Assembly (NCBI RefSeq): GCF_056123305.1 | Contig: NZ_CM148631.1 | Strand: one strand, 5' to 3' | Length of the DNA: 24,000 bases | Shown: positions 1 to 10,523 of the stretch, in pieces | Numbering within the stretch: position 1 is the stretch's first letter | Layout: each line of letters starts with the position of its first letter | Made by a program: the position numbers and the translations under genes | The notes under the pieces: generated by a model | Databases searched by the model: none | What the model saw: the letters and a program-made list of their open reading frames with translations, nothing else | Told to the model about the DNA's origin: nothing

Positions 1-528
1 GACGCGGAAGGCGAAGATTCGCCGCTGCTGAAAAAGATGCTCGCCGGGATGATTGACCTGATGCCGTCGTCGATGGCGTTGCTGGCACCAAACGTGAACT
101 CGTATCGCCGCTTCCAGCCGGGAATGTATGTGCCGACGCAGGCGTCGTGGGGCCATAACAACCGCACCGTCGCCCTGCGTATTCCGTGCGGCGACCGTCA
201 TAATCACCGCGTGGAATATCGCGTGGCGGGTGCCGATGCCAACCCATATCTGGTGATGGCAGCGATTTTTGCCGGTATTTTGCATGGCCTTGATAACGAG
301 CTGCCGTTGCAGGAAGAAGTCGAAGGCAACGGGCTGGAACAGGAAGGCTTACCCTTCCCGATTCGCCAGAGCGATGCCCTGGGTGAGTTTATCGAGAATG
401 ATCACCTGCGCCGCTATTTAGGCGAACGGTTTTGCCATGTGTATCACGCCTGTAAAAATGATGAGCTGTTGCAGTTTGAGCGCCTCATCACAGAAACAGA
501 AATTGAGTGGATGTTGAAAAACGCGTAA
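1..528 (+). CDS. puuA: Gamma-glutamylputrescine synthetase, C-terminal part (5' end outside window)
   Basis: Frame 1 open from base 1 (DAEGEDSPLLKKMLAGMIDLMPSSMALLAPNVNSYRRFQPGMYVP...), glutamine-synthetase-like C-terminus; followed by puuP and ymjA as in E. coli. Confidence 0.93.
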   Translation, partial: DAEGEDSPLLKKMLAGMIDLMPSSMALLAPNVNSYRRFQPGMYVPTQASWGHNNRTVALRIPCGDRHNHRVEYRVAGADANPYLVMAAIFAGILHGLDNELPLQEEVEGNGLEQEGLPFPIRQSDALGEFIENDHLRRYLGERFCHVYHACKNDELLQFERLITETEIEWMLKNA

Positions 529-830
529 TTCCCCATGCGGGGTTGTTTCATCGGCCTGAGCGGAGCCAGGCCTGACATTTGCTGGTAATCCAGACATTTC
601 CCGGATGTCGCGTTATGGAGCGCAGGCGGCAACGGGCTTCCGTTAACGATTAAGACTGTGACGAGGAAATGAGATGATGCCGATGATTAAATCCCCGCAT
701 GGCGAGGGAGGCTGCGTATGCGCCCCTCCTGCTACTGACTGGACTCCGCCCCCTTTGCTTCCCTTGCTAAACAGGTTTGATTTCAGGTCGACACGACCGC
801 AAACCTTATTACGCAGGGGAGGCAGCAATT

Positions 831-2216
831 ATGGCTATTAATTCACCACTGAATATTGCTGCGCAACCCGGCAAAACCCGTCTGCGAAAATCACTGAAAT
901 TGTGGCAGGTGGTAATGATGGGTCTGGCCTATCTCACGCCGATGACCGTATTTGATACTTTTGGTATTGTCTCCGGCATTAGCGACGGTCACGTTCCAGC
1001 GTCCTATTTGCTGGCGCTGGCGGGCGTGCTGTTTACCGCTATCAGCTACGGCAAACTGGTTCGCCAGTTTCCGGAGGCCGGTTCGGCCTATACCTACGCG
1101 CAAAAGTCGATTAATCCGCACGTCGGATTTATGGTCGGCTGGTCATCACTGCTGGATTATCTCTTTTTGCCAATGATCAACGTTTTGTTGGCGAAAATCT
1201 ATCTCTCCGCCCTCTTCCCGGAAGTGCCGCCGTGGGTGTGGGTGGTAACCTTCGTCGCCATTTTAACCGCCGCGAATCTGAAGAGCGTCAACCTGGTCGC
1301 TAACTTCAATACCCTGTTTGTACTGGTGCAAATCTCCATCATGGTGGTGTTTATCTTCCTGGTGGTTCAGGGACTGCATAAAGGAGAAGGCGTTGGCACC
1401 GTCTGGTCACTTCAGCCGTTTATCAGCGAGAACGCGCACCTGATCCCGATTATTACCGGTGCGACGATTGTCTGTTTCTCGTTCCTCGGTTTCGATGCGG
1501 TGACCACGCTTTCGGAAGAGACGCCGGACGCCGCACGCGTGATCCCGAAAGCCATCTTCCTGACGGCGGTATACGGCGGCGTTATCTTTATCGCGGCGTC
1601 GTTCTTTATGCAGCTGTTCTTTCCCGATATCAGCCGCTTTAAAGACCCGGACGCCGCACTGCCTGAAATTGCGCTGTTCGTCGGCGGCAAGCTCTTTCAG
1701 TCGATTTTCCTCTGCACCACGTTTGTGAACACATTAGCGTCTGGCCTGGCTTCACATGCCAGCGTGTCGCGTCTGCTGTATGTGATGGGGCGTGACAATG
1801 TGTTTCCGGAGCGCGTGTTTGGCTATGTGCACCCAAAATGGCGGACTCCGGCACTCAACGTCATTATGGTCGGGATTGTCGCGCTGTCGGCGCTGTTCTT
1901 TGATTTAGTCACCGCGACAGCACTGATTAACTTCGGTGCTCTGGTGGCGTTTACCTTCGTGAATCTGTCGGTGTTTAATCATTTCTGGCGGCGTAAAGGA
2001 ATGAATAAAAGCTGGAAGGATCACTTCCACTATTTGCTGATGCCGCTGGTTGGCGCGCTGACGGTGGGTGTGCTGTGGGTTAACCTAGAGTCAACGTCAC
2101 TGACACTCGGTCTGGTATGGGCTTCGTTAGGCGGCGCATATTTGTGGTATCTGATCCGCCGCTATCGCAAAGTGCCGCTGTACGAAGGTGACAGAACGCC
2201 GGTGAGCGAAACGTAA
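831..2216 (+). CDS. puuP: Putrescine importer, APC superfamily (461 aa from ATG 831)
   Basis: Multi-TM APC permease sequence; ATG at 831 preceded by GGGAGG; the track ORF start at 777 is an upstream extension; synteny with puuA/ymjA. Confidence 0.95.
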   Translation: MAINSPLNIAAQPGKTRLRKSLKLWQVVMMGLAYLTPMTVFDTFGIVSGISDGHVPASYLLALAGVLFTAISYGKLVRQFPEAGSAYTYAQKSINPHVGFMVGWSSLLDYLFLPMINVLLAKIYLSALFPEVPPWVWVVTFVAILTAANLKSVNLVANFNTLFVLVQISIMVVFIFLVVQGLHKGEGVGTVWSLQPFISENAHLIPIITGATIVCFSFLGFDAVTTLSEETPDAARVIPKAIFLTAVYGGVIFIAASFFMQLFFPDISRFKDPDAALPEIALFVGGKLFQSIFLCTTFVNTLASGLASHASVSRLLYVMGRDNVFPERVFGYVHPKWRTPALNVIMVGIVALSALFFDLVTATALINFGALVAFTFVNLSVFNHFWRRKGMNKSWKDHFHYLLMPLVGALTVGVLWVNLESTSLTLGLVWASLGGAYLWYLIRRYRKVPLYEGDRTPVSET

Positions 2217-2225
2217 TAGCCGGAT

Positions 2226-2264
2226 GCGCGGCGCATTATCCTGCCTGAGGGTAACGCGCCGCGC
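2226..2264. terminator. GC-rich inverted repeat downstream of puuP (9-bp perfect arms)
   Basis: GCGCGGCGC (2226-2234) pairs with GCGCCGCGC (2256-2264). Confidence 0.5.
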
Positions 2265-2349
2265 CATTAACTATAAAAAGATGTATGACCCGGATCACGA
2301 GTGCTATCATCCGCCCTTATGCTTAGCGCATTAACCCCAGGGGCAAATA

Positions 2350-2595
2350 ATGAACCACGATATCCCGCTAAAATATTTTGATATTGCCGATGAGTACGCG
2401 ACCGAATGCGCAGAGCCTGTCGCAGAGGCTGAACGCACACCGCTGGCCCACTACTTCCAGTTACTGCTCACCCGTTTGATGAACAATGAAGAGATCAGCG
2501 AAGAAGCCCAACATGAAATGGCTGCTGAAGCGGGGATTAATCCCGTACGCATTGATGAGATCGCAGAGTTTTTGAATCAATGGGGTAATGAGTAA
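2350..2595 (+). CDS. ymjA: Small conserved protein YmjA (81 aa)
   Basis: [24 protein letters not shown]..., located between puuP and sapA. Confidence 0.9.
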
Positions 2596-2629
2596 TTATT
2601 TAATTGCAGACGATCGGTCAGTATCGTTG

Positions 2630-2659
2630 TCCGGATAAAGCGTTCACGCCGCATCCGGC
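2630..2659. repeat. REP/PU element
   Basis: TCCGGATAAAGCGTTCACGCCGCATCCGGC: CCGGAT...ATCCGG and GCGT...ACGC nested pairing, matching the classical enterobacterial REP pattern. Confidence 0.85.
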
Positions 2660-2907
2660 TAACAATGACACGCACTGCAGCGTGCTTTAATGGGTTTCTC
2701 ACGATCGTACCGCTCTGCTCCTCGCTAAGTTGTTCTGTGAGTTATAGTTATAGAGAAATCACGGGTACGAATGTTGAACAGATGGCGACGCCACCTGTTC
2801 AACGACCAACCACACGGCCCTCATTACGACCCCTGAACACAAACGGTAATGGCAAATGTCATTAAATATTAGTAAGATAGCCTCTTTACATAAAATCCCT
2901 TAATATT

Positions 2908-4551
2908 ATGCGCCAGGTATTATCGTCTCTTTTGGTGATTGCTGGACTTGTGAGTGGTCAGGCAATCGCCGCGCCTGAATCCCCCCCGCATGCTGATATC
3001 CGCGACAGCGGTTTTGTCTATTGCGTCAGCGGGCAAGTCAACACCTTTAACCCATCCAAAGCGAGCAGTGGGTTAATTGTCGATACCCTTGCCGCCCAGT
3101 TTTATGATCGACTGCTGGATGTCGATCCCTATACCTATCGCCTGATGCCGGAACTTGCCGAAAGCTGGGAAGTACTCGACAACGGCGCGACCTATCGCTT
3201 CCACCTGCGTCGCGATGTTCCGTTTCAAAAAACCGACTGGTTTACTCCCACTCGTAAAATGAATGCCGACGATGTGGTGTTTACCTTCCAGCGAATTTTT
3301 GACCGCAACAACCCGTGGCATAACGTCAACGGCAGCAACTTCCCCTACTTCGACAGCCTGCAATTTGCCGATAACGTGAAAAGCGTCCGCAAACTGGATA
3401 ATCATACCGTTGAGTTCCGACTCGCCCAGCCGGATGCTTCTTTTTTGTGGCACCTCGCAACCCATTATGCTTCGGTCATGTCGGCAGAATATGCCCGGAA
3501 GTTAGAGAAAGAAGATCGCCAGGAGCAACTCGACCGTCAACCGGTCGGCACCGGTCCGTATCAGTTGTCGGAATACCGCGCCGGGCAATTTATTCGCCTA
3601 CAACGTCATGATGACTTCTGGCGCGGTAAACCGTTAATGCCGCAGGTAGTGGTGGATTTAGGCTCCGGCGGCACCGGACGTCTGTCGAAACTCCTGACCG
3701 GGGAATGCGACGTTCTGGCCTGGCCTGCTGCCAGCCAGCTATCCATTTTGCGTGACGACCCGCGCTTGCGTTTAACGCTGCGTCCTGGGATGAACGTCGC
3801 CTATCTGGCATTTAACACCGCCAAACCGCCGCTAAATAATCCCGCTGTCCGCCATGCACTGGCACTGGCGATTAATAACCAGCGCCTGATGCAATCCATC
3901 TATTATGGTACGGCTGAAACGGCGGCCTCTATTTTACCGCGCGCCTCGTGGGCCTATGACAACGAGGCTAAAATTACTGAATACAATCCGGCGAAATCGC
4001 GCGAACAGTTGAAGGCGTTGGGGCTGGAAAACTTAACGCTGAAACTGTGGGTGCCCACACGTTCGCAGGCGTGGAACCCCAGTCCACTGAAAACTGCCGA
4101 ACTGATTCAGGCGGATATGGCGCAGGTTGGCGTAAAAGTGGTGATTGTGCCGGTAGAAGGTCGCTTTCAGGAGGCGCGGTTGATGGATATGAGCCATGAT
4201 CTGACGTTATCCGGTTGGGCGACGGACAGTAACGACCCGGACAGTTTCTTCCGTCCTTTACTGAGCTGCGCGGCAATTCATTCACAGACCAACCTCGCCC
4301 ACTGGTGCGATCCGAAATTCGACAGCGTGTTGCGTAAGGCGCTCTCCTCGCAGCAGCTGGCAGCGCGTATTGAAGCCTATGACGAAGCGCAGAGTATTCT
4401 GGCGCAGGAATTGCCCATTTTGCCGCTGGCGTCGTCATTGCGTTTGCAGGCCTATCGGTACGATATCAAAGGTCTGGTACTTAGCCCGTTTGGTAACGCC
4501 TCCTTTGCTGGGGTGTATCGCGAGAAACAGGATGAGGTGAAAAAGCCATGA
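2908..4551 (+). CDS. sapA: Peptide ABC transporter periplasmic substrate-binding protein SapA
   Basis: 547-aa SBP_bac_5-type sequence with signal peptide; first gene of a five-gene overlapping operon. Confidence 0.96.
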   Translation: MRQVLSSLLVIAGLVSGQAIAAPESPPHADIRDSGFVYCVSGQVNTFNPSKASSGLIVDTLAAQFYDRLLDVDPYTYRLMPELAESWEVLDNGATYRFHLRRDVPFQKTDWFTPTRKMNADDVVFTFQRIFDRNNPWHNVNGSNFPYFDSLQFADNVKSVRKLDNHTVEFRLAQPDASFLWHLATHYASVMSAEYARKLEKEDRQEQLDRQPVGTGPYQLSEYRAGQFIRLQRHDDFWRGKPLMPQVVVDLGSGGTGRLSKLLTGECDVLAWPAASQLSILRDDPRLRLTLRPGMNVAYLAFNTAKPPLNNPAVRHALALAINNQRLMQSIYYGTAETAASILPRASWAYDNEAKITEYNPAKSREQLKALGLENLTLKLWVPTRSQAWNPSPLKTAELIQADMAQVGVKVVIVPVEGRFQEARLMDMSHDLTLSGWATDSNDPDSFFRPLLSCAAIHSQTNLAHWCDPKFDSVLRKALSSQQLAARIEAYDEAQSILAQELPILPLASSLRLQAYRYDIKGLVLSPFGNASFAGVYREKQDEVKKP

Positions 4552-5513
4552 TTATCTTCACCTTACGCCGCATTTTGTTATTGATTGTTACCTTGTTCCT
4601 GCTGACCTTCGTTGGCTTCAGTTTGAGCTATTTCACTCCACACGCGCCGTTACAAGGCGCGTCACTGTGGAATGCCTGGGTGTTCTGGTTTAATGGCCTG
4701 ATCCACTGGGATTTTGGTGTTTCCAGCATTAACGGTCAACCAATTGCCGAACAGTTAAAAGAGGTCTTCCCGGCGACGATGGAACTGTGCATCCTCGCCT
4801 TCGGTTTTGCGCTGATTGTTGGCATCCCCGTGGGGATGATTGCCGGGATTACGCGCCATAAGTGGCAGGATAACTTGATCAACGCCATCGCCTTACTGGG
4901 CTTTTCAATCCCGGTGTTCTGGCTGGCGCTTCTGTTGACGCTGTTTTGTTCACTCACGCTAGGTTGGTTGCCCGTTTCAGGGCGTTTCGATCTGCTGTAC
5001 GAAGTGAAACCGATTACCGGGTTTGCGTTGATTGATGCCTGGCTTTCGGACTCACCATGGCGGGATGAAATGATCATGAGCGCAATCCGCCATATGATAT
5101 TGCCCGTGATCACCCTGTCGGTTGCGCCAACAACTGAAGTGATCCGACTGATGCGTATCAGCACTATCGAAGTGTATGACCAGAACTATGTTAAAGCGGC
5201 GGCTACCCGCGGTTTGTCGCGCTTTACTATTTTGCGTCGCCACGTTCTGCATAACGCGTTACCGCCGGTTATTCCTCGCCTGGGCTTACAGTTTTCCACC
5301 ATGCTGACGCTGGCGATGATCACCGAAATGGTTTTTAGCTGGCCGGGTTTAGGGCGCTGGTTAATTAACGCCATCCGCCAGCAGGATTACGCAGCCATTT
5401 CCGCCGGAGTGATGGTGTGTGGCTCACTGGTCATTATTGTTAACGTGATTTCTGATATTTTGGGTGCCATGGCTAACCCTCTGAAACATAAGGAATGGTA
5501 TGCCTTACGATAG
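4548..5513 (+). CDS. sapB: ABC transporter permease SapB
   Basis: DppB-like permease; overlaps sapA by 4 nt. Confidence 0.96.
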
Positions 5514-6390
5514 CGTATACAGCGAAAAGCGCCCGCCGGGCACGCTGCGTACCGCCTGGCGCAAATTTTATAGTGACGCCTCTGCGATGGTCGGCCTGTA
5601 CGGCTGCGCGGGGCTGGCTGTACTGTGTATTTTTGGCGGCTGGTTTGCGCCTTACGGCATCGACCAGCAATTTCTCGGTTACCAATTATTGCCGCCGTCA
5701 TGGTCGCGCTATGGCGAAGTTTCTTTCTTCCTGGGGACTGACGACCTCGGACGCGATGTTTTAAGCCGTTTACTGAGCGGAGCTGCGCCAACCGTGGGTG
5801 GCGCATTTGTGGTGACGCTTGCCGCGACGATCTGTGGCCTGGTACTGGGCACCTTCGCCGGGGCGACACACGGCCTCCGCTCAGCGGTGCTTAACCATAT
5901 TCTGGATACCTTACTGGCGATCCCTTCGCTGCTGTTGGCCATTATCGTTGTAGCGTTTGCCGGACCGAGTTTGTCCCACGCTATGTTTGCTGTCTGGCTG
6001 GCATTGCTGCCGCGTATGGTACGTTCGATTTACAGCATGGTGCATGACGAACTGGAAAAAGAGTACGTTATCGCCGCCCGTCTGGATGGCGCATCAACGC
6101 TGAATATTCTCTGGTTTGCTGTGATGCCAAACATCACCGCCGGGCTGGTCACCGAGATCACCCGCGCACTGTCGATGGCAATTCTCGATATCGCCGCGCT
6201 GGGCTTTCTCGATCTCGGCGCACAACTCCCCTCGCCTGAATGGGGAGCGATGCTCGGTGATGCGCTGGAACTGATTTATGTCGCCCCGTGGACTGTCATG
6301 CTGCCAGGTGCGGCAATTATGATTAGCGTGTTGTTGGTTAACCTCCTTGGCGATGGCGTTCGTCGTGCGATTATTGCGGGGGTGGAATAA
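5500..6390 (+). CDS. sapC: ABC transporter permease SapC
   Basis: DppC-like permease, overlaps sapB. Confidence 0.96.
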
Positions 6391-7382
6391 TGCCATTACT
6401 CGATATTCGTAACCTGACCATTGAATTTAAAACCGGTGATGAGTGGGTTAAAGCCGTCGACCGGGTAAGTATGACCTTAACCGAAGGTGAAATCCGCGGT
6501 CTTGTTGGTGAATCCGGTTCCGGCAAGAGTTTGATTGCGAAAGCGATTTGTGGGGTGAATAAAGATAACTGGCGTGTTACTGCTGACCGTATGCGTTTTG
6601 ATGATATCGATTTGCTGCGTCTCTCCGCACGCGAACGGCGCAAACTGGTTGGCCATAACGTGTCGATGATTTTCCAGGAACCGCAGTCGTGTCTTGACCC
6701 TTCAGAACGTGTGGGTCGCCAGTTGATGCAAAACATCCCAGCCTGGACCTATAAAGGCCGTTGGTGGCAGCGTTTTGGCTGGCGCAAACGCCGTGCCATT
6801 GAACTGCTGCACCGCGTGGGGATTAAAGATCACAAAGATGCGATGCGCAGTTTTCCCTATGAGTTGACCGAAGGTGAATGTCAGAAAGTGATGATAGCCA
6901 TTGCACTGGCGAATCAACCGCGTCTGCTGATTGCTGACGAACCGACCAACTCAATGGAGCCAACAACCCAGGCGCAAATCTTTCGCCTGCTGACGCGTCT
7001 CAACCAAAACAGCAATACCACTATTTTGCTTATCAGCCATGACTTACAAATGCTTAGCCAATGGGCGGATAAAATTAACGTGCTTTACTGCGGTCAAACA
7101 GTGGAAACCGCGCCGAGTAAGGAGTTGGTGACGATGCCACATCATCCTTATACCCAGGCGCTGATCCGCGCGATACCAGACTTCGGCAGCGCGATGCCGC
7201 ATAAAAGTCGCCTCAATACGCTGCCCGGCGCTATCCCACTGCTGGAACAGTTACCGATTGGTTGTCGTCTGGGGCCACGTTGCCCGTATGCACAACGAGA
7301 ATGCATTGTGACGCCACGTTTGACGGGGGCGAAAAATCATCTCTATGCCTGTCATTTCCCGCTGAACATGGAGAAAGAGTGA
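6390..7382 (+). CDS. sapD: ABC transporter ATPase SapD
   Basis: Walker A GESGSGKS and oligopeptide/dipeptide ATPase C-terminal region; overlaps the sapC stop. Confidence 0.96.
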
Positions 7383-7383
7383 G

Positions 7384-8190
7384 ATGATCGAAACGCTGCT
7401 TGAAGTGCGTAATTTAAGTAAAACGTTCCGCTACCGGACCGGCTGGTTTCGTCGTCAGACCGTAGAAGCGGTAAAACCCTTGAGCTTTACGCTACGTGAA
7501 GGCCAGACACTGGCGATTATTGGCGAGAATGGTTCGGGTAAATCCACGCTGGCAAAAATGCTGGCGGGAATGATAGAGCCTACCAGCGGCGAGTTATTGA
7601 TTGACGATCATCCACTGCATTTTGGCGATTATTCCTTCCGCAGTCAGCGTATTCGCATGATTTTTCAGGATCCTTCGACCTCGTTGAATCCCCGTCAACG
7701 TATCTCGCAAATTCTGGATTTTCCACTGCGCCTGAACACCGACCTGGAACCGGAACAGCGTCGCAAACAGATTATTGAAACGATGCGTATGGTTGGGCTG
7801 CTACCGGATCACGTCAGTTACTATCCGCATATGTTGGCACCCGGACAAAAACAGCGTCTGGGTCTGGCGCGCGCGCTGATATTGCGCCCAAAAGTCATTA
7901 TTGCCGATGAAGCCCTCGCTTCACTGGATATGTCGATGCGTTCGCAGTTGATTAATCTGATGCTGGAATTACAGGAAAAACAGGGCATTTCGTATATTTA
8001 TGTTACCCAGCATATCGGAATGATGAAGCACATTAGCGACCAGGTGCTGGTGATGCATCAGGGCGAGGTTGTCGAGCGAGGCAGCACCGCGGATGTGCTG
8101 GCATCGCCGCTGCATGAACTCACCAAACGGCTGATTGCCGGGCACTTTGGCGAAGCATTGACAGCGGATGCGTGGCGTAAAGATCGCTAA
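7384..8190 (+). CDS. sapF: ABC transporter ATPase SapF
   Basis: Walker A GENGSGKS; last gene of the sap operon. Confidence 0.96.
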   Translation: MIETLLEVRNLSKTFRYRTGWFRRQTVEAVKPLSFTLREGQTLAIIGENGSGKSTLAKMLAGMIEPTSGELLIDDHPLHFGDYSFRSQRIRMIFQDPSTSLNPRQRISQILDFPLRLNTDLEPEQRRKQIIETMRMVGLLPDHVSYYPHMLAPGQKQRLGLARALILRPKVIIADEALASLDMSMRSQLINLMLELQEKQGISYIYVTQHIGMMKHISDQVLVMHQGEVVERGSTADVLASPLHELTKRLIAGHFGEALTADAWRKDR

Positions 8191-8217
8191 TTTTCTGAAT
8201 CCTCCTTCCAGATTATC

Positions 8218-8260
8218 CACCTCATTCTGACAAGAGATTAAATCTTGTCAGAATGAGGTG
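8218..8260. promoter_or_regulatory. Perfect 18-bp stem / 7-nt loop inverted repeat between sapF and the DUF559 ORF
   Basis: CACCTCATTCTGACAAGA (8218-8235), GATTAAA, TCTTGTCAGAATGAGGTG (8243-8260). Confidence 0.9.
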
Positions 8261-8611
8261 ATGGATAAAATAAAATCAAATGCGCGTGATTTAAGACGCA
8301 ATCTCACTTTGCAGGAACGAAAGCTCTGGCGATATCTTCGCAGCCGACGTTTTGGTGATTTCAAATTTCGCCGTCAACATCCGGTGGGGAGCTACATTCT
8401 CGATTTTGCTTGCTGCTCGGCGCGCGTAGTCGTTGAGCTGGATGGTGGGCAGCATGATTTGGCAGTTGCCTATGATACCAGGCGCACTAGCTGGCTTGAG
8501 TCGCAGAGCTGGACCGTGCTGCGTTTCTGGCATAACGAGATTGATTGTAATGAGGAGGCGGTGCTGGAGATTATTCTGCAGGAACTGAACCGCCGGTCAC
8601 CCTCACCCTGA
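8261..8611 (+). CDS. DUF559 domain protein (Vsr/PD-(D/E)XK endonuclease-like fold)
   Basis: NARDLRRNLTLQERKLWRYLRSRRFGDFKFRRQHPVGSYILDFACCSARVVVELDGGQHD...RTSWLESQSWTVLRFWHNEI is the typical DUF559 pattern. ATG at 8261 (track lists GTG 8258). Confidence 0.85.
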   Translation: MDKIKSNARDLRRNLTLQERKLWRYLRSRRFGDFKFRRQHPVGSYILDFACCSARVVVELDGGQHDLAVAYDTRRTSWLESQSWTVLRFWHNEIDCNEEAVLEIILQELNRRSPSP

Positions 8612-8622
8612 AAGGGCGAGGG
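8600..8622. repeat. Imperfect GC-rich hairpin overlapping the DUF559 stop
   Basis: CCCTCACCCTGAAAGGGCGAGGG: CCCTC/GAGGG and CCCT/AGGG pair with one A-C mismatch. Confidence 0.55.
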
Positions 8623-8922
8623 GGCCGACCGAGCCGAATAGCTGTTGTGGTGAAAACATGGAGACAGTGCTGGAGAATATTCGGCAAGGTCTGAACCATC
8701 CCAGCCATCGCCATAAAAGGGTTAGGGGCTGTATGAGCCTGTTTGTTGCTGGGGTAACAATATTTGCACAATATGGTCCCCTCGCCCCTCTGGGGAGGAT
8801 CTATTGATATCAACTGATTTCAACAGAGCTAACCCCTCCCCCTTTAACCCCCTTTGAAATAAGATATCATCAGAAATTCCTTTTCTCTGGGGGTCAATCA
8901 TATTCCATGAACATCAAGATGA

Positions 8923-8952
8923 TTTTGGGGGCTATTCTGGGGGCTACATTTC
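8923..8952. other. Direct-repeat motif immediately upstream of integrase (possible att/arm-site region)
   Basis: TTTTGGGGGCTATTCTGGGGGCTACATTTC contains GGGGGCTA twice with 12-bp periodicity, 12 bp before the int start codon. Confidence 0.35.
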
Positions 8953-8963
8953 AGGGGTAACTC

Positions 8964-10157
8964 ATGCCACTTACTGTTCGACAAATTGAGTCGGCTAAAC
9001 CTGCTGACAAGGATTACAAACTTTCTGACGGTCAGGGCCTTTATCTTCTTGTCAAAAAATCCGGTGCCCGTTACTGGAATCTGAAGTACCGGTTTGCCGG
9101 TAAGGAAAAGAAACTGGTGATTGGTGTCTATCCTGACATATCACTGGCTCAGGCTCGTCAGAAGCGGGATGAAGCACGTAAACTTCTGGCTGAAGGCAAA
9201 GATCCGTCGTATGAAAAACAGGCGCGAAAACTTGCCATCAGGGAAAGTATGGCCTGCACATTTCGCACCATTGCAGAGGAGCTGCTTACTCATATGGCAC
9301 GTCGATGGACAACAGGTTACCAGGCAGACCAGCGTGCAAGACTTGAAAATCATGTTTTCCCTGCTCTTGGAAACCGTCCTGTGACCGGGATCCGCCCCAT
9401 GGAAATACTGAACGTCCTGAGGACTATAGAAGAACAGGGAAAACTTGAAGCACTGCGTAAAACACGCCAGCTCTGTGCGCAGGTTTTTGATTATGCCATA
9501 GCAACAGGGCGTGCAACCGTTAATCCGGCATCGACACTCAGCGGGGTACTGCTTCCTCCTGAAAAACAACAGCGCAGGACGCTTTCTGAAGAACAGATAG
9601 GAGCTTTCATGTATCAGATAACGGCTTCCGGAAATCTGATGTCGCTGGCAACGCGGATGCTGGTTCTGACCGCTGTTCGCACCGGAGAACTGCGACTGGC
9701 AACCTGGGACGAAATTAATTTCACGGAGGCCCTGTGGGTTATTCCGAAAGAAAGAATGAAAATGCGACGACCGCACGTTGTGCCGCTTTCACGGCAGGTA
9801 CTGGCGTTACTGGAGGAGATAAAAACACGCACTGAATCGCGTAATTCCGCCTTTATTATTCCTGGTGCATTCAGAAAAGATCTCCCGCGAAACCGCAAGT
9901 GTATCAATGAATTCCTTGAGCAGTCAGGCTGGCATGCCCTGACAACAGCCCACGGATTTCGTCATACCTTCAGCACCATTCTCCATGACCATGATTTCAG
10001 CTCAGCCTGGATTGAACTCCAGCTTGCTCATGTTGATAAAAACGTCATGCGTGGCACTTATAACCATGCGCAATATCTGGATGGACGTCGTGAAATGATG
10101 CAGTGGTACGCTGATTACATTGATTCACTTATGGAGAAAAACGTAAAAACGAAATAA
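8964..10157 (+). CDS. P4-type tyrosine integrase (DUF4102 arm-binding + catalytic domain), 397 aa
   Basis: N-term MPLTVRQIESAKPADKDYKLSDGQGLYLLVKKSGARYW; catalytic motifs TAVRTGELRLATWDEI, HGFRHTFST, LAHVDKNVMRGTYNHAQY. Confidence 0.96.
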   Translation: MPLTVRQIESAKPADKDYKLSDGQGLYLLVKKSGARYWNLKYRFAGKEKKLVIGVYPDISLAQARQKRDEARKLLAEGKDPSYEKQARKLAIRESMACTFRTIAEELLTHMARRWTTGYQADQRARLENHVFPALGNRPVTGIRPMEILNVLRTIEEQGKLEALRKTRQLCAQVFDYAIATGRATVNPASTLSGVLLPPEKQQRRTLSEEQIGAFMYQITASGNLMSLATRMLVLTAVRTGELRLATWDEINFTEALWVIPKERMKMRRPHVVPLSRQVLALLEEIKTRTESRNSAFIIPGAFRKDLPRNRKCINEFLEQSGWHALTTAHGFRHTFSTILHDHDFSSAWIELQLAHVDKNVMRGTYNHAQYLDGRREMMQWYADYIDSLMEKNVKTK

Positions 10158-10165
10158 GCCATCAC

Positions 10166-10192
10166 CCCCACCAACCACAGCGGTTGGTGGGG
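10166..10192 (+). terminator. Strong hairpin following the integrase gene
   Basis: CCCCACCAACC (10166-10176), ACAGC, GGTTGGTGGGG (10182-10192): 11-bp perfect stem 9 bp after the int stop; no clear poly-T. Confidence 0.65.
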
Positions 10193-10523
10193 AGTTAACT
10201 ACCATTTGTATTTTTTGATTTCTGCCTTCAGGCGACATACTCAATATCATCTGATGAGCGAAGATACCCCACCCAAAATGATGGTAGCTTCACATCGTCA
10301 TTTTCATATAGCAGCACACTGCTGTTCTGACCTCGTAGTCACATTTCTACAGCATCATTACCAGTCAGGCTGATTGCTCCTCATTGAAAGAATGAATCCA
10401 TGACTAACACAAAAATAGCTCTGGCCGGCTGTTACCGGTGTGAGAAGAAACTTGATACAAACTGCCGTGGGCTTTATTCTTGGAGAACTATAAGTTTTTC
10501 CAGATTTACAACAGATTCAGCAT

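Noticed and set aside
2665-2865. 66-aa + strand ORF between ymjA and sapA
   Set aside because: No RBS or recognisable family; lies across the REP-adjacent intergenic region; likely spurious.
3073-6736. Multiple minus-strand ORFs antisense to sapA-sapD (up to 160 aa)
   Set aside because: Shadow ORFs of well-supported + strand genes; translations are low-quality and lack family features.
8750-8880. CCCCTC/GGGGAGG and CCCC-rich runs considered as CRISPR-like or satellite repeats
   Set aside because: No regular unit length, spacing or spacer structure; at most one weak hairpin.
9141-9907. Minus-strand ORFs (211 aa and 97 aa) antisense to the integrase
   Set aside because: Overlap a confidently identified integrase coding frame; compositionally shadow-like.
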